Assembly: GCA_018398765.1 (NCBI GenBank)
Contig: JAHBMJ010000261.1
Coordinates: forward strand, 1-52,190
Source of the DNA: Chromera velia
Taxonomy: Eukaryota
Length of the DNA: 52,190 bases
Reading direction: 5' to 3'
Part shown: one piece after another, positions 36,438 to 49,926 of the stretch
Numbering within the stretch: the first letter of the stretch is position 1
Layout: each line of letters begins with the position of its first letter
Notes under the pieces: model-generated
Databases searched by the model: none
Told to the model about the DNA's origin: nothing
Seen by the model: the letters and a program-made list of their open reading frames with translations, nothing else
Translations under genes and position numbers: made by a program

Positions 36438-37760
36438 TTTTCGATTGCGAAAGCCAAAGAAAGACGATGAAGCCGAACGCTCTGGGCGCTCCCCAGCAGG
36501 AAGAGACTCAGACGGCACTTCTCTGGGTTGCTGAGTCTGCGTGCCTCTGCGAGTTTGCCTCAACGTTGTGTGATGCTGGAACGAGAATAAGAATCAGTGC
36601 TCTCGATCGAGTCCGTCTGTTGTTCGTTTCGTTTTATCAGGCCACAGCACGGATCAGAAGGCGTGCTTCTCTTTTCTGTACCAAAAGTCTTCCAGAGTAT
36701 TCATATGTGGTATATATCAGGGGAATATCTGCGCTGTACGCGCTGTCACTTGCAAGAGATCAGCAAATGAAGTCTTTCGATCAAAGTCTTTCCCCAAATC
36801 TTCCGCCGATCGATCGCGATCCACAAAAAATTGTGTCGATCGATCGATCCGGCCATGCAGGCATGGCCCGGCCCGCCCCCGCGGCCCGACCGCGGCGGCG
36901 AACACAAATACCGCGCGAGGCCCATGCAGGGCCCCGGCAAATCCTGCGGCCAAGCCTCGAGCTAGAAAGGACCTGCATGACCGCTAGGCATGACCCTCGA
37001 TGACCATCGATAACCCCCTCAGGGACTGGGGCATTGAATATTTTGGACAGAAGAGAAGAGGAAAAGAGAAGGGGGGATTCTGAACCATTGATAAGAAGAA
37101 ATCTTTCTCGATTTTCTTTGTCTTGTTCTTTTTGCGTCTTTTCACCCCATGTGAGGAAAGTTTTTTTTTGTGACCCGAAGTCCGTCTGTCCTTGTGTGCA
37201 GCAGGTCTTGTGACCTTTCAGCGGCCCAAGCGGCAGTACCAGAATCAGAAGAGAAAAGGAAAAAAAAAAAAAAAATGGTTCTGATGAAGCAGCCTCCGAA
37301 ATGAAAAAAGAAACTACTCCGTCTGCATTAACATTTGGGCATCTTTGATTCCTCCTCTCTTTCTTATTCTTTTCATTTGTTGCCTAGTTCAAATTCTTCA
37401 GCCCTCAAAAAGGGGGGAAAAGGTGGGCCAGACGTCGCCGCACATCTTAGGAAGGGAAGGGAGGGCTGGAAACTCCATCGTGAGTCGGCTCCGACTCGGC
37501 AGAGAAAGACACGAAAACGAAAAAAAAGTTTTGGTCTGCGAGTTTTTGTTGATTGAGTGAGGGCAGTCCAGAGAGACATGAAATCATACAGAGTTTTTAT
37601 ATACATGTGATGTGAGAGTGGGATCCCTCACTCACTGCCACCGGGGTTCACAAGGAGCCCTCACCCATTGCTGCATCCGCTTTGGGATCGACTCTTTCCT
37701 GGAGGGGGTGACAGCCTTTCCGGGGGGATGCATATGCAACGCAGTCCTCTTCCCCGGTTT

Positions 37761-38120
37761 GGGGGAGGGGGCAGGGGGTCCAAATGAGTTTGCTCTCCTT
37801 CGGGGGGAGGGCAGGAGGTCCAAATGAGTTTGATATTCTTCGGGGGGAGGGAGGTGCGTCCGATTGAGTTGAGCTCCTTCGAGGGGAGAGAAAGAGGTCC
37901 AAATGAGTTTGCTGTCCTTCGGGGAGAGAACAGGAGATCCAAATGAGTTTGCTGTTCTTCGGAGGGAGGGAAAGGGGTCCGATTGAGTTGAACTTCTTTG
38001 GGGGGAGGGCAAGGGGTCTAAATGAGTTTGTTGTCTTTCGGGGGGAGGACAGGGGGTCCAAATGAGTTTGATGTTTTTCGGGGGGAGAGAGGAGGGTCCG
38101 ATTGAGTTTGAACTCCTCCG
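37761..38120. repeat. 40-bp G-rich satellite, 9 units forming 3 x 119-bp higher-order repeats
   Basis: Unit anchors at 37778, 37818, 37858, 37897, 37937, 37977, 38016, 38056, 38096 (spacing 40, 40, 39). Every third unit carries CCGATTGAGTT instead of CCAAATGAGTT. Confidence 0.9.
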
Positions 38121-38305
38121 GGTTTGACTGGTTCCTAGCAGTTGAGCCCCAGAGAGGAAAGATAAGGAAAAATATGGTTTTTCCTAGGCTGTGTACATCA
38201 TTAAGGATGAACAGTGATGTACTTTTTTTTTTGGGCACTTGTTGACAGGAGATGATCCTCCTGCAGATCCACTTTCAGGCAAAAAACGCGATACAAAAGC
38301 ATTGG

Positions 38306-38489
38306 TGTATATATATGTATATGTGTATATGTGTGTGTATGTCTGTGTGTGTATATGTATGTGTGTATGTATGTATGTATATGTGTGTATGTGTGTGTGT
38401 GTCTGTGTCTGTGTTTGTGTGTGTGTATGTGTGTATGTGTGTATGTGTGTATGTGTGTGTGTGTGTGTGTATGTGTGTGTATGTGTGTA

Positions 38490-38529
<40 letters not shown>

Positions 38530-38598
38530 TGGCAGTATCTGTGTGTCTGTATATATGTACGTATGTGTATGTATATATGTATGTGTATGTGTATGTGT

Positions 38599-38642
<44 letters not shown>

Positions 38643-38770
38643 TTGTGTGCAAACAACTGTGTGCATGTATGTGTGTATGTGTGTGCGTACATATGTATAT
38701 GTGTGTATGTGTATGTGTATGTATATGTGTGTATGTATGTGTATGCACATGCGTGCGTATGTGTGTGTGT
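38306..38770. repeat. (GT)n/(GTAT)n compound microsatellite
   Basis: Alternating purine-pyrimidine tract of about 460 bp; it produces the HT/CV ORFs. Confidence 0.97.
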
Positions 38771-40060
38771 ATATTTCTTTTTCATTTGTTGACATGAGAT
38801 ACTTTTCCTGGAGACTAGCCTGGAGATTTGCTTGTGGCAAAGAAACGCGATTAAAAATCATGATATGCATTTTTTGTTAACACTTAATGATAGGAGATCC
38901 GCTTTTAGTGAAGATACACGATGAGAATTGGTGCATATTTTTTATATATTATTAGTTGTATTAGCACTTATTAATAGAAAATTAAGCCTTAAAAAAATTT
39001 TTTTTCGGTAAAGGGATATATTGATATAATCAAAAGTGTTTTACATTTTGGTGTATATTTTGTTTTTTATTTGTTGATTTCCAAATCTCCAAACATCTCA
39101 ATCAAACAATTTTTTTAGAAAAGAACTCGTCGTTTAACTCGACTATAATCATATAGTATAGAATTTAGACTAGAATAAGAGAAGATAGGATTAACGTCTG
39201 GAGGATTGACTTCCTACCCAAATTAATGCTAATATATAAAGTTTTGAAACATTATCGGGGTGACATCAGCCTAGTTATCGGCACGTTTTAATAATAGTTT
39301 TATTATAGGAGCCTATAGATAGGAGCACTAAATAGATTATAACTATCAGTCTATATATGACTCGCCATCGTCATGCATATTCAGAGATTATCCAGAGCTA
39401 GTTAATTAGATCTAGGGCTAGCTAAATCTAGGGGTAATTAAAAAAAAAAAATATGTACGGTCTCCATTAGTCTCCATACATGCAGGGCACTAGGCAGGGT
39501 AAATTTATTAATTTTTGTTTTTCATTTCAATGATTACTCCCATCAAGACATAACAACCATATTATATGGTCCATATGCAATACGTAGCTTGTAATACAAA
39601 AGTAACAGTTCTATAACAGTGCAACCTCGAGTGCAACAACATTCATTTATTATTATAATAAAGAAACAATAGTATATATCATCATCATCATCATCATTAT
39701 TAATCGGTCTATTATTATTATTATTAATCGGTCTATAGGCCATCATGCAGTGCATGAGTCTAGGACAATGCTTTATTGCCCCTTTGCCAGACCTGCATCA
39801 TACAACGGGAGGGGGCTTCACTCTCGCAACTCTAAACACCTTGCATCTAGAAGATGCTTTCTAAATCGCTGATGTCGTTTCCCTTCTGTGGGAGGAGTGC
39901 GACAACTACAACAGAGACTCTTACTGACAGGTAGTAGAGGCAGACAGGAAGACCGGTAGAGAGGGGGGACGGGAGATGTATGTGGGAGACGGAAAAAGAA
40001 CATTCAAAGGTGAGACGGGAAGAGAGGTAAGTAACCATCACATGCATCGAATCGCAGGCC

Positions 40061-41104
40061 TTACGATGGAGGGCGCAGACAGATGTTTTGCAAGAGTCGC
40101 AGGGCCGGTATGGGTGAGTGTCTGAGTGCCAGGGTGACCTTCATTCGTGCCAATAATTCGCTTTGCATGGCGTGTTTTAGAGGGGTGGAGTCTATCGATA
40201 GCAACCACTTTCTCTCTCTTTCTTGGGCTCTGTCTAATTTGGCTTCAATTTTGGCTACAATTGCATTCAGAGCCTCTCGATCTGCTCTTGTTTCTGTGTA
40301 TTCAGTCAGCCGGTGCAGTAGATCGTCTGCTTTGCCCCTGCATACAGGGCAAACCGCGTCTTCCAGCCCTCTGTACGGTGCATGGGGGCGACCACCAAGC
40401 AACATATACAGCAAGGCTGAAAAAGGGCCTGAGGACCAGATCGCAGCGCGAGGGAGGGAAACGAAACGGGGGGACGAAGGGGATGAAGGAAAAGTAGAGG
40501 AAAGGAAGAGGAGAGACGAACGTTGGGCAGTAGGATAAGACGTTTGGAACACATTCGGTCTGACGCCTCTGCCAAACTGCAAAACCGCCCCCCGTGAAGC
40601 GGCCTTTTCTAGACAACCATCAATCCATTCATCAACTTCCCGGTTGATCACTGCTCTTAAGAGAAGGAGACAGCTAACCTTGGTGGCTTTCTTTCTTCTT
40701 CTGATGGTTGGATTGATAGGCATAAATTCTTCCAATCCGGTCGACCCAATCAATTTTTGTGCGTGCATCATAGAGGAAGGACAATCACCATTTATTAAAG
40801 CCAACCAGGCACCCGCGGGCATCTAGGCGGGCATCTTGAGGTCAATATGTTTTAAGTTAGTCAAATACCCAGCAAGTCTCATCGATACATGCATACGTGC
40901 ATGAAGTAGACCGACAGTACACAGAGTAGGTACACGGAAAGAGGAGAGAGACAGATTCAAAGCCCAACGAACAAAGCGCAATTGAAGGACATCTAATGCA
41001 TCCATGTCTGACTTGCGGACAGGCAGACAGTTAAACGCGTATAGAGCAACAGGCAACCAGAAAGCGCATAAACACAAAATTTTTGTTGTAGGGGCTATCA
41101 TCAT
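40061..41104 (-). mobile_element. Decayed non-LTR retrotransposon (LINE) ORF2 C-terminal remnant
   Basis: Two consecutive same-frame ORFs (41104-40823 and 40822-40061) separated by a TAG at a short GCGGGCATCT duplication. LDVLQLRFVRWALNL...TLCTVGL resembles the post-RT region of LINE ORF2. CPVCRGKADDLLHRLTEY resembles the terminal C-x2-C...H-x4-C knuckle with the last Cys changed to Tyr. No RT catalytic motif is seen. Confidence 0.6.
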
Positions 41105-42439
41105 TCACCATCGCTATTGGCCCATAAATGAGTGTCTAACGTTCGGCTGGTCCGATACGCAGCTGGACATACTGCTAGGGCAGTCCTCTCCCACAAAAGA
41201 AGATAATACAGGCAAGAACGGCTTTCTCATAACGGCTATTCACTGAATTCCTGCGGCAAGGCAGAGTGGTCTTACATTCTCACACAGAATTGTTAACGCA
41301 TGGCCTTGTCCTCTTTCTGCCGAAATCTAGCTCGATCTAGCTCAATCAGAATAAAAGAAGAGCCAGAGAACTTCACTTTGATAGGCTAGGTTAAGTTGCG
41401 CCCTTTCACCTTCATATCTCGCCCCAAAGCTCCTTCTAGCCTGCCTATTTTGAGATAGACGGTGAGAAAATGATGGAGACGGCTGAAGAGACGGGTAAAA
41501 AAAAGAGCCTGGCTTAGCTTTGTCCCTATTCCGTGAACCACTTCCCAAAAAGGGAGAAAACCTCATCCGTCTGACCCCGTTACCAGTGTTCTAGCTAGTG
41601 TTTCGCACTCAGTACGCGTGTACACCAACTGTTTGTGTGACAACACTTGTTGCTCAGGCTATAGACTTGTTTATTTGTGCAAGACATCAACAATACTTTA
41701 ATTATAACAACACCTTTCAGTTTGACATCATTAAACATAAAAAAAAATAAAAAAGTTAAAAATTAAGTGAAAATGACCAATTAAGTTTTTTTTTTTTTTG
41801 AAAAAATAGTTCAGCGCTTTCATCTCGATTCTCGATCTAACTCGCGCATTACTAATATTGTAATACTTATATATATAATGCCAGTGTAAGTTATAGTAAA
41901 TGAAAAAAGAGACTCACAACTAGAAGGCATTGTAAATTAAATTGAAGTCTCATTAAAAATGTATGGTCAAACTTTTAGTTTTTTAAGGCGACAATGGAAG
42001 AAGAGAACACTACAAGAAAGAAGAAATGCAAACAACACACTGGCTATTATACACCCACAAATGTTATGACATTTCATCACTAGCACTGCATGGGAGATTT
42101 CTTGGCAACCTTTAGCGAAGCGTGTGTATTGCAGAATTGACCAGGAGAATGTGGTCTGGTGATTGAATACAACTCAATGACTCAATGAGTGATTCAGTGA
42201 GTAGAAAAGCTCAGAAGACGCTTAAATCTCCAGCAGCTTCTCGCCCCACCAGGCTTATTTTTTGTTTCGTGTCATCTGAAAGCACACCGATGCCTTCGGC
42301 CACCCCCTTGTCTCGTCTCATTGTTTTTCATTGAATCTGTTTTCTTCTGTTCCTCTTTCTGGTCCACACAACCCCCCCCTCCCAAGAGAAAGGCCGGTAC
42401 CTCTCTGATGGCGGTCTGCCTGTCTGTCGGTGTGCATTG

Positions 42440-42488
<49 letters not shown>

Positions 42489-43252
42489 TCTTCCTTCCTT
42501 CCTTCCTTCCTTTTTCTTCCACTCGTTTGTGCATGAAAGATATGCATGCATCCCAGCAGAAAGATAGGCAGACACACACACATACACACGCACACACACA
42601 CACACACACACATGCATACACTGTGAGCACAGATTTCCCCTGCCTGTCGGTCTTCTTTCTTGTTGTGCCTTCTTTCCTGCTCTGCATTTCCCTCCTCTTC
42701 CTTCCACTTCTTGGTTCTTGATTGTCTCACACGCCCCACATGCATGCATTCCCCGATGCTGTATGCATGAATGCAGTATGTGAGGTGAAGCTAGACCCTC
42801 AGACTTGATTAAGTTCCCCTCTCGCATGCAGCAATGTCTGTCTGGTCTGTCTGTCTGTCTGTCTGTCTGTCTGTGTCTTGGAATGATGTCCCATGCACAC
42901 GCCTCAATACATTCCTGTTCCACTTTAATCTCTTGCAGGGGCCATGCAGCTGTGCCTCATGTTCCCTTAATTCCTGCTGGCAGTATGTCTTTGTTTGTTT
43001 TGTTTCAGATCGAACTGCCAGTGTGTGGGCAGCCGGCCTGGGTTGTTCCTTTCTCTCTTGTTTTTTTCTGAGGCCGTGAAGGTCATAAATCCTCTATGCG
43101 CCTGTCGGTCTCACACCTCCACACACGCACACGCACACGCACACGCACACACACAGGCACATGGATAGATAGACAGATAGATTGATACATGTACATAGAT
43201 AGATAGATAGATAAATAGAGCGGGGGAGAGATAGACGACACACCGGCACACA

Positions 43253-43306
<54 letters not shown>

Positions 43307-43697
43307 CGCTCGCTAGCATGCTCTGCGCATGCTTACGACCTCTCTCACTTCCTCTCTCATGGCTATTCACGACATGTCTCCACATCTTCTTGAGGGGGGC
43401 CCGGGGGGAGAATTAAGAGAAGAGAGAATGAATCATTGTGGCCAAGAAACAGCCAAAAGGCCCAATTTGTACGTGTCCGTTTGTTCTCAAGTACAAAAAG
43501 CTTGTTCAGGCATGCAAACGGTTTCGCTTCCTTACGTTCGTTTTCTTTTGATTCCCTGTCCTGCCCCTCACTGATCGACTTAATTGCTTTTTTAAGTACT
43601 CAACAGACGTGTATGGATGGACTGTGACACCCATCTCCACACACAATAGAGCTAAATGAAAAAAAAGAAAGAAAGAAAGAAAGAAAGAAAGAAAAAA

Positions 43698-43728
<31 letters not shown>

Positions 43729-43746
43729 GAAGAAAGAAACAAAAAA

Positions 43747-43778
<32 letters not shown>

Positions 43779-45199
43779 GATAGACCGCAAGCGAGACAGA
43801 CACCCGTCGCTCAGACCGGAGAGGGGAATGAGGGAAAAAGGGGGGGGCATTCAATGGTGTAGGCGTGCGCGTGTGAAAGAGTGGAGGAGGAAGAAAAGAA
43901 GCAACGAAAAAACGCTCCAAAAATCGACCCACGCCCTCAGCAGCTGACAGAGGTCACGAACTCCTGCCTGCCCGCACGCCTTTCTCCATGCAGAAGAAAA
44001 TGTCAATGAGGAACGAAAAAAGGAACGAAGATTACTTAGCATAAGTTTTGACCGATGTGTTGTTTTTTCTTTTTGCAGATCATACAGATGCCGACCGAAT
44101 GTGATTAGTAGCGATGCGAGGAGACATACAGAGGCCAAAGAAGCATGGAGATACGGACCAGGAGGGGCAAAAGAGAGAGAGAAAAGGATCAAAATCAACG
44201 CATACAAGTATATGGCACTAGACGGAAAGACGGGAGGGAAGACAGGGCAAGTCCACGATGCAAAAAACAGGAAGGAAGGCGTTCAATGGAGGAGAAAGAA
44301 AACGATCGAAGTCCGAAAATGAAGAAGAAGAAAAAGAAGAAGAGGCATAAGTCCAAACGGAAAAGAGAAGACGGACCCGAAAAAAAGACGCGAGTCTCCG
44401 TCTGAAGGTCAATGGAAAGAAAGACGAAAAGAGATGATGGAGAAAATAGAAAGAAAGCAATTCAAACTCGATCTGTGGAAGAAGGGACCGACAGATGGAC
44501 AGAAAGATTCCCCGTTCCTCGTCTTGGAGGGAGACCATTTGTACAGATAGATGGACACGTAAACGTAGAGGAAGACAGACTGACTGACTGACTGACTGAC
44601 TGAGTGTATGGATCTGAGAAATGAAGTCTTCCTTATTTGCTTTCCTCGGTCGTCGATTCTTCAATCGATAAGCAAATGCAAGCCTTTGCATGTCTCGGTC
44701 GTTCTCCCTTCATCTCACTTAGACACAAGAGAGGGCCGGTGTGTGAGAGAGGAACGAAAGGACCCCCCCTCACTCTCAACTCCTTCCAGTCAAATCGTGT
44801 CTCCACTCACTAGAAAGAAACGAGGAGAAGGTCGGGGTTCAAGAAAAACTACTTCGCTTCGCTTACATGCATGCAAAGAACTTGAAATCCCCCCCCCGCA
44901 TGCCTTCCAATGCTCTCCCCTCCTTTCATGCTTTGTCCTTTCTTTCCCCTCTCTTTCAACAGCCTCAAGTGATCCTCAGAGAAGAGGCCCAGAGAGGGAG
45001 AGAGGAAGAAAGGAGGAGGAAAGGGCAAATCTGTCGTTTCTCTTCTCGCTTTGTACATTCTTTCCACCTCTGCGTGCAGCAGAAGAAGAGAAGGGACGAA
45101 GCAAGAAGAGAAAAGAGGCGAAACACAGAACCTCAAAAACTCGCATTAAAGGGGCAGACAGCAAGTGGAAACACAAGCAAAGAGAAGGGAAGCAGAAGA

Positions 45200-45237
<38 letters not shown>

Positions 45238-47407
45238 ACTCACGGATAAGTAAGACAGGTTATTATTTCACATCACTCATAAGAATGAGAGCGACGGACG
45301 GACAGATTGAGAGACCGTGCATCGAGCCGCATCTCCAAGAGCTCCCCCCCCATCTCTCCAGAGTTGACTTTTGTTCCGCAATACGGCCATTTGCTTGTTC
45401 ACCTTCTGAGTTCAGTTGAAAGTCTACCAGATTGAGAAGGAAAAACAGAGACTTTTCTTAGAATTCCATTCTCCCGTCGTGGCACGAACACTTGATGGAT
45501 GAATAGGTTATTTGTTTATCATACAAAGCAGGAAGTCTCTATTCAATTCAATTGAGGAGCTGCCATATCGATAAAAAGATCTGCATGCCGATTTGTGTTT
45601 CTGTCTTTTCCCATGGAAGGCATGGAAGGCATGAGGGAGCACGCACTCTCTCGACTGACAGAGAGGAAGGGAAGAAAGATAAATCCTTGCCCGGAGTACT
45701 TAAGGAAAGCGGAGGGATGATCGATCGATCGATCGATCAATTGAGATGGAAGGAAGGGAATCCTTCGATCATCTCTTCCTTCCTCCTAAGTTCGATGCAT
45801 GCACTCACAGGCCCGAATTCTCTCTCTCTCTCTTCGTCTCTCTCAATTCCTCTAGCTGTCTGTCTATTTTCCGATTGATTGAAGAATCCCCCAGAGGTTT
45901 TTGTTCTTTTCCTTGCTGGATTCTTCAACATTCCAATCATGCTCACTTGCATTCACGTCCTTTCTTCGGCTTCAATCACTCTGCAGTTGTTCCCTTCTCT
46001 TTCTCTTCGGTTCACCTTCATCCAATCCAATCCAATCGAAGCCAACCAAACAACCAAGCAACCAAGCAACCATCTTTCCCCGATCCCAACTGTGCTTCCT
46101 TCCCTGAATTCCCGTGTCGGAAAAGGGACACACACACAGGCACGCAAACACCAGGACAGACACCCACAGACACGCACGGCAAAAAGAAAGGAGTCAGCAG
46201 CAGAGAAGAGAGAATGAATGAAGGAAGGACTCTCGAGAGCCCGCCCCATTTGTTTGTTTGGCATCAATCCAACAGTCCTTCCTTCCTTCTTTCCCCCCAC
46301 CCACTTCTTCCTTCCTTTCTTCTCTTCTTCCTTCCACCCACCGAGGCAGCCCGGGAGTTCCTCAGTCAGTCAGTCAGTCCCATCCCTCCCTCACTCCCTC
46401 ACCCCCTGCCTGCCCCCTTTTCTTTCACACATGACGACTTGGCAGATAAGACACGAGAAGAGAAGAGAGGAAAAGAAAGAGGGGCAGAGATGAAACAGAG
46501 AAGACAAGGAGAAAGGCCCTTGCGCTCTCTACCTATCCGAGAGAAACAGAAGAGAAGAGAGGAGAAGAGCAAAGGAGGAAAGACAGAAAGAAGCAGCCAG
46601 GTCAGTCAGTCGCGTTGTCTGTCCTCATGAAGGCAGAAGGAGAGAGGAAAGAAACGCTCCACGTCCCACACTGTCCCTTCGGCCCTCCACACGGAAAGGA
46701 GGGCGCACATGAATGAAGAGAGAAAAAAAGAAAAAAGAAATCTCAATCCACCCTGCAGTGACCAGTCCCCCCTCGGATCTTCCTCTACACCCTGTCACTC
46801 GCCCACTGCAGCAAGAACAGAAGGGAGAAAGAGAAAGAGAAAGAGAAAGAGAGAGAAAGTCACAAGATGGCAATACCGTCTCTCTCTGCATGTGGAGAAG
46901 GCGAACAAGAGAGGAGACAAAAACGTCTGGCTGTGAATGACCATCCATCCATCCCCTCTTCTCTCGTTTGTGCATCCATCCATCCCTCTCTGAATTGTCA
47001 CATCCATACGCCTATCTATTCAGCGATCCATACGCCTATCTATTCAGCCATCCATACGCCCAGGTGGACGTCCGCTTTCTTTTCTTCCTTCCTTCCTTCC
47101 TTCCTTTCTTTCTTTCTTTCTTTCTTTCTTTCTCTCTTTCTGTCGTTGTTGCTTTGTTTGTTTGATTGATTGATTGATTGTTTGTGTCTCTTTCTCTTCT
47201 CTCTCTCTCTCTCTCTACGTGTATCTGCGCGCACGCGCGCGCGCGAGAGAGAGAGAGAGAGTCGCTTTGAGCCGCAGAGGCGCGCCGCTGAAGAGAAGAG
47301 AAAGACACAATTCTTCCTTTTCGATAAATCCGCCTCTCTTCTTTCGTTCCTTGCTTTCTTTCTTTCTTGGTTCTCTCTCGCTGACCCGCTTGCTGTTCGT
47401 TCCTTCC

Positions 47408-47659
47408 TCAGACTCGAGGACGCCGCAACCCCTCCACCTCCCCTCCCTCACAAGAAAGAGAAGAAGAAGGGCTGCCTGGCACCGTTGTGCTGCTTCCACT
47501 CAGAGGGCTACCCGAAGCCGCGCCAGTGCCCCCCCACCCCCTCCCGTCTCCCCCCTTCCCCCCAAAGGAGTCCAGGGCAACATCCAGACAGGGGCGGTGC
47601 TGGTGGCCTCTTCCCCGCACCCCTCGAGGAGGAGCCCCCTGCAGAGGGAGGGGGGGGGC

Positions 47660-47701
<42 letters not shown>

Positions 47702-49103
47702 TACTTTCGTAAAAGCTTCATTTCACATGTACGAGCACATGAAAGAAAGAGCCACTGGATTCACTGGAGGGAATTACGGCCAGAATCTGACTTTCCTTGC
47801 CTTTCCTTTTCTTTTCCCACCTGTCTCAGCACGCGCCTTTCATCGTTTTTCCTCAACGAACAGAAAAAGAAAGAACAGAGACAACGAGAGAAAATATTAA
47901 TCTAAGACAAGAGATCGCGCCCCCCCCCTCCCGACGAACCCCAAATAGACACAGAGGAAAGGGGGAAAGGAAAGGAAACCTAGGGAGGGAACTCACCATG
48001 TGTTGATCTCCACAGCGCCTCCTTCGACAGGCAGACCAATGAGATTCCTGGCGGTCGCAGTCTCCACCCCCAACGCAAACCCCTCCAGACAAGTACTGAC
48101 GGACAGAAGCAGCCAGAGGACCACCTATGCCGATGCCACCAGCCCTGTCTCCCTCACCCTCTCCCAGTAACCTCAAATCGAAGCCCACATCCGATTTCTT
48201 TGTCTGCTTCTGCGGTGGGGGACCGGAAACTCTGAAGTCGAAGTCACGGTTTTCCTTCTCCTCCTCTTGCTGTTGGGGGCGGCGATGGTTTTTGCTGAAG
48301 GGTCCCTGTTGGGAGGTGCACGACTGCCATGCGCGTTTCCATCTGTGTTCGTCTTCATTTTGGACAGGGGACTGAGGGATCATTTCAGGAAGTTTCTGGG
48401 AGGGGGGGAAAGGCCGAGGGGAAAAGGTAGGTCGGAGGTTTCTGTGGGTGTCTTTAGAGACCTGGGCTCTGTTCGTGTTGTTTCTGTTCTTCTGAATATT
48501 TTCCTTCCGTTTCTGTTTCTCGGTTTTCAGCCACTTCTCGAAGGCAATCTCCTTTTGGGGGGGCGGGCAGTGGTGACAGTGGTCGCACTTCCAACCATTC
48601 TTACAGCCCTTGTTGCTGTAGAACCAATAACAGCGCCGTTCAGAGCAGTTAAGGGGATGGTGACCGATCGACCCTATACTCCTGCAAGAGTGCAGGAAAG
48701 TGCTTGGGGCAGTTTCAGTCTCTGTCCCTGTCTGCTCGGTCTGGTTTTCAAAGTCAGGGCAGGACCCGATTTGTTCTATTTTGTTCTTGCCTGTCACGTC
48801 TCTCTCTTTGAAGGGAGGGAAGTTGGGGCCTGCGAGAAGGGCTGGATGGAATTCCTGTGTGAAGGAGACGGGAATCGGGGGCACAGATCTGTTTCTTGTT
48901 TGTCTTCCCTTCTGGCTCTCAAGTTCCGGACAGCCAGTGGAAGTGCACTTCGTCTCCTTTTCCTTCTCTGTCTTGTGGTCTTCTTCGAACTCCCAAAAAG
49001 TTCGGTGAACCTTTTTGAGAAATTTCGGGCCTCTCGCGTCCTTCTGCTGCACAGTCGTCGCGCAGTCTTGGGGAACTTTCTGTCGACCTGCCGCCTTGCA
49101 CAT
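47408..49103 (-). CDS. CCCH(C3H1)-type zinc-finger protein, mostly low-complexity; 2 exons, about 445 aa
   Basis: Exon 1 is 49103-47997 (ATG to ATG|gtgagt); exon 2 is 47638-47408 (polypyrimidine-ctgcag, phase 0, TGA). Motif SIGSIGHHPLNCSERRCYWFYSNKGCKNGWKCDHCHHC fits the S-x-GS-x2-H...C...C...GC-x2-G-x2-C-x2-CH-x-C finger type I recognise from myzozoan proteins. A basic stretch follows (KWLKTEKQKRKE). Confidence 0.72.
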
Positions 49104-49827
49104 CTTTTCCTTTGGAAATTAACAACGATAACTAAAACCCACAGCAAGTTTAGAAGTTTTCAAATCCTTGGACTCAATCTACAGGGCAGTTGTGTCACTT
49201 TTACTCACCGCAAAAACCACAGGGATGGGAAAGGTAATCACACAAAGACGGAGACGGGGGAGACGGCCAGAAAGAAAAGATCGTCGGAAACTCCTCCACC
49301 CTCGACAAAGGCAGATATCACCGTGCCCAAGTTAGCTTGCAGTTTTCACCGAGGCAGATCAGGTATTTGGGATAGCCGCAGTGTCTGCTTAAACTCACTG
49401 GGAGCTTCTGGAAGTTTCCGCGCTACGTTGCTCAAAAAAGTTGCGACAAATCCGACGTGGGTTTACCTTGTGGCTCGGTGGGAGGGGGCGATAGCTCGGC
49501 AAGCGCGGCCGCGCGTCAAGTGCAGCCGCGGGGTACAGGTTGGGCCCCTGCACAGCGGCCCGCCCCGGCCGTCCGTAACGCCCGCAACACGGGCCCCGGC
49601 ATACACCCAAGTCCGAGCGCGAAGGCGATTCAAAAAGCATTCACGCACACCGTCTGACAAACGGAATTAACCGCGGTTCTTAATTTCTTAATTTGTCTGA
49701 CCTTTCGGTTGTTGATTCGATCTCCGCTCCAATCCTACTCTTGCCCTTCCCTCATCTCGCTGTCCTAATTTTGCTTACACATACCTGAGCCGCGTGTGCT
49801 GTGGCATTCCTGTTATGCTCTCCACTC

Positions 49828-49926
49828 AGTGTTGTGTTGTGTTGTCTGCTCTGTGTTGTGTTGTGTTGTGTTATGTTGTCCGCTCTGTATTGTGTTGTGT
49901 TGTGTTGTCCACTCTGTGTTGTGTTG
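49828..49926. repeat. (TTGTG)n pentanucleotide repeat with periodic CTCTG interruptions
   Basis: TGTTGTGTTGTG blocks separated by TCTGCTCTG, TCCGCTCTG and TCCACTCTG. Confidence 0.85.

Noticed and set aside
36438..36563. 42-aa N-terminal extension of the CutA-I42 ORF in the track
   Set aside because: It starts at TTG, not ATG. The first ATG (36437) directly precedes a clear signal peptide.
38184..38880. His/Thr-rich and Cys/Val-rich ORFs resembling metal-binding proteins
   Set aside because: Translations of the (GT)n/(GTAT)n microsatellite.
42200..47400. Intron-like, repeat-rich 5-kb region that may hide micro-exons
   Set aside because: No consistent exon chain or protein motif found by eye; needs RNA-seq.
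48267..49670. 467-aa plus-strand ORF, the longest in the track
   Set aside because: Non-ATG start, antisense to the zinc-finger gene, no recognisable domain.
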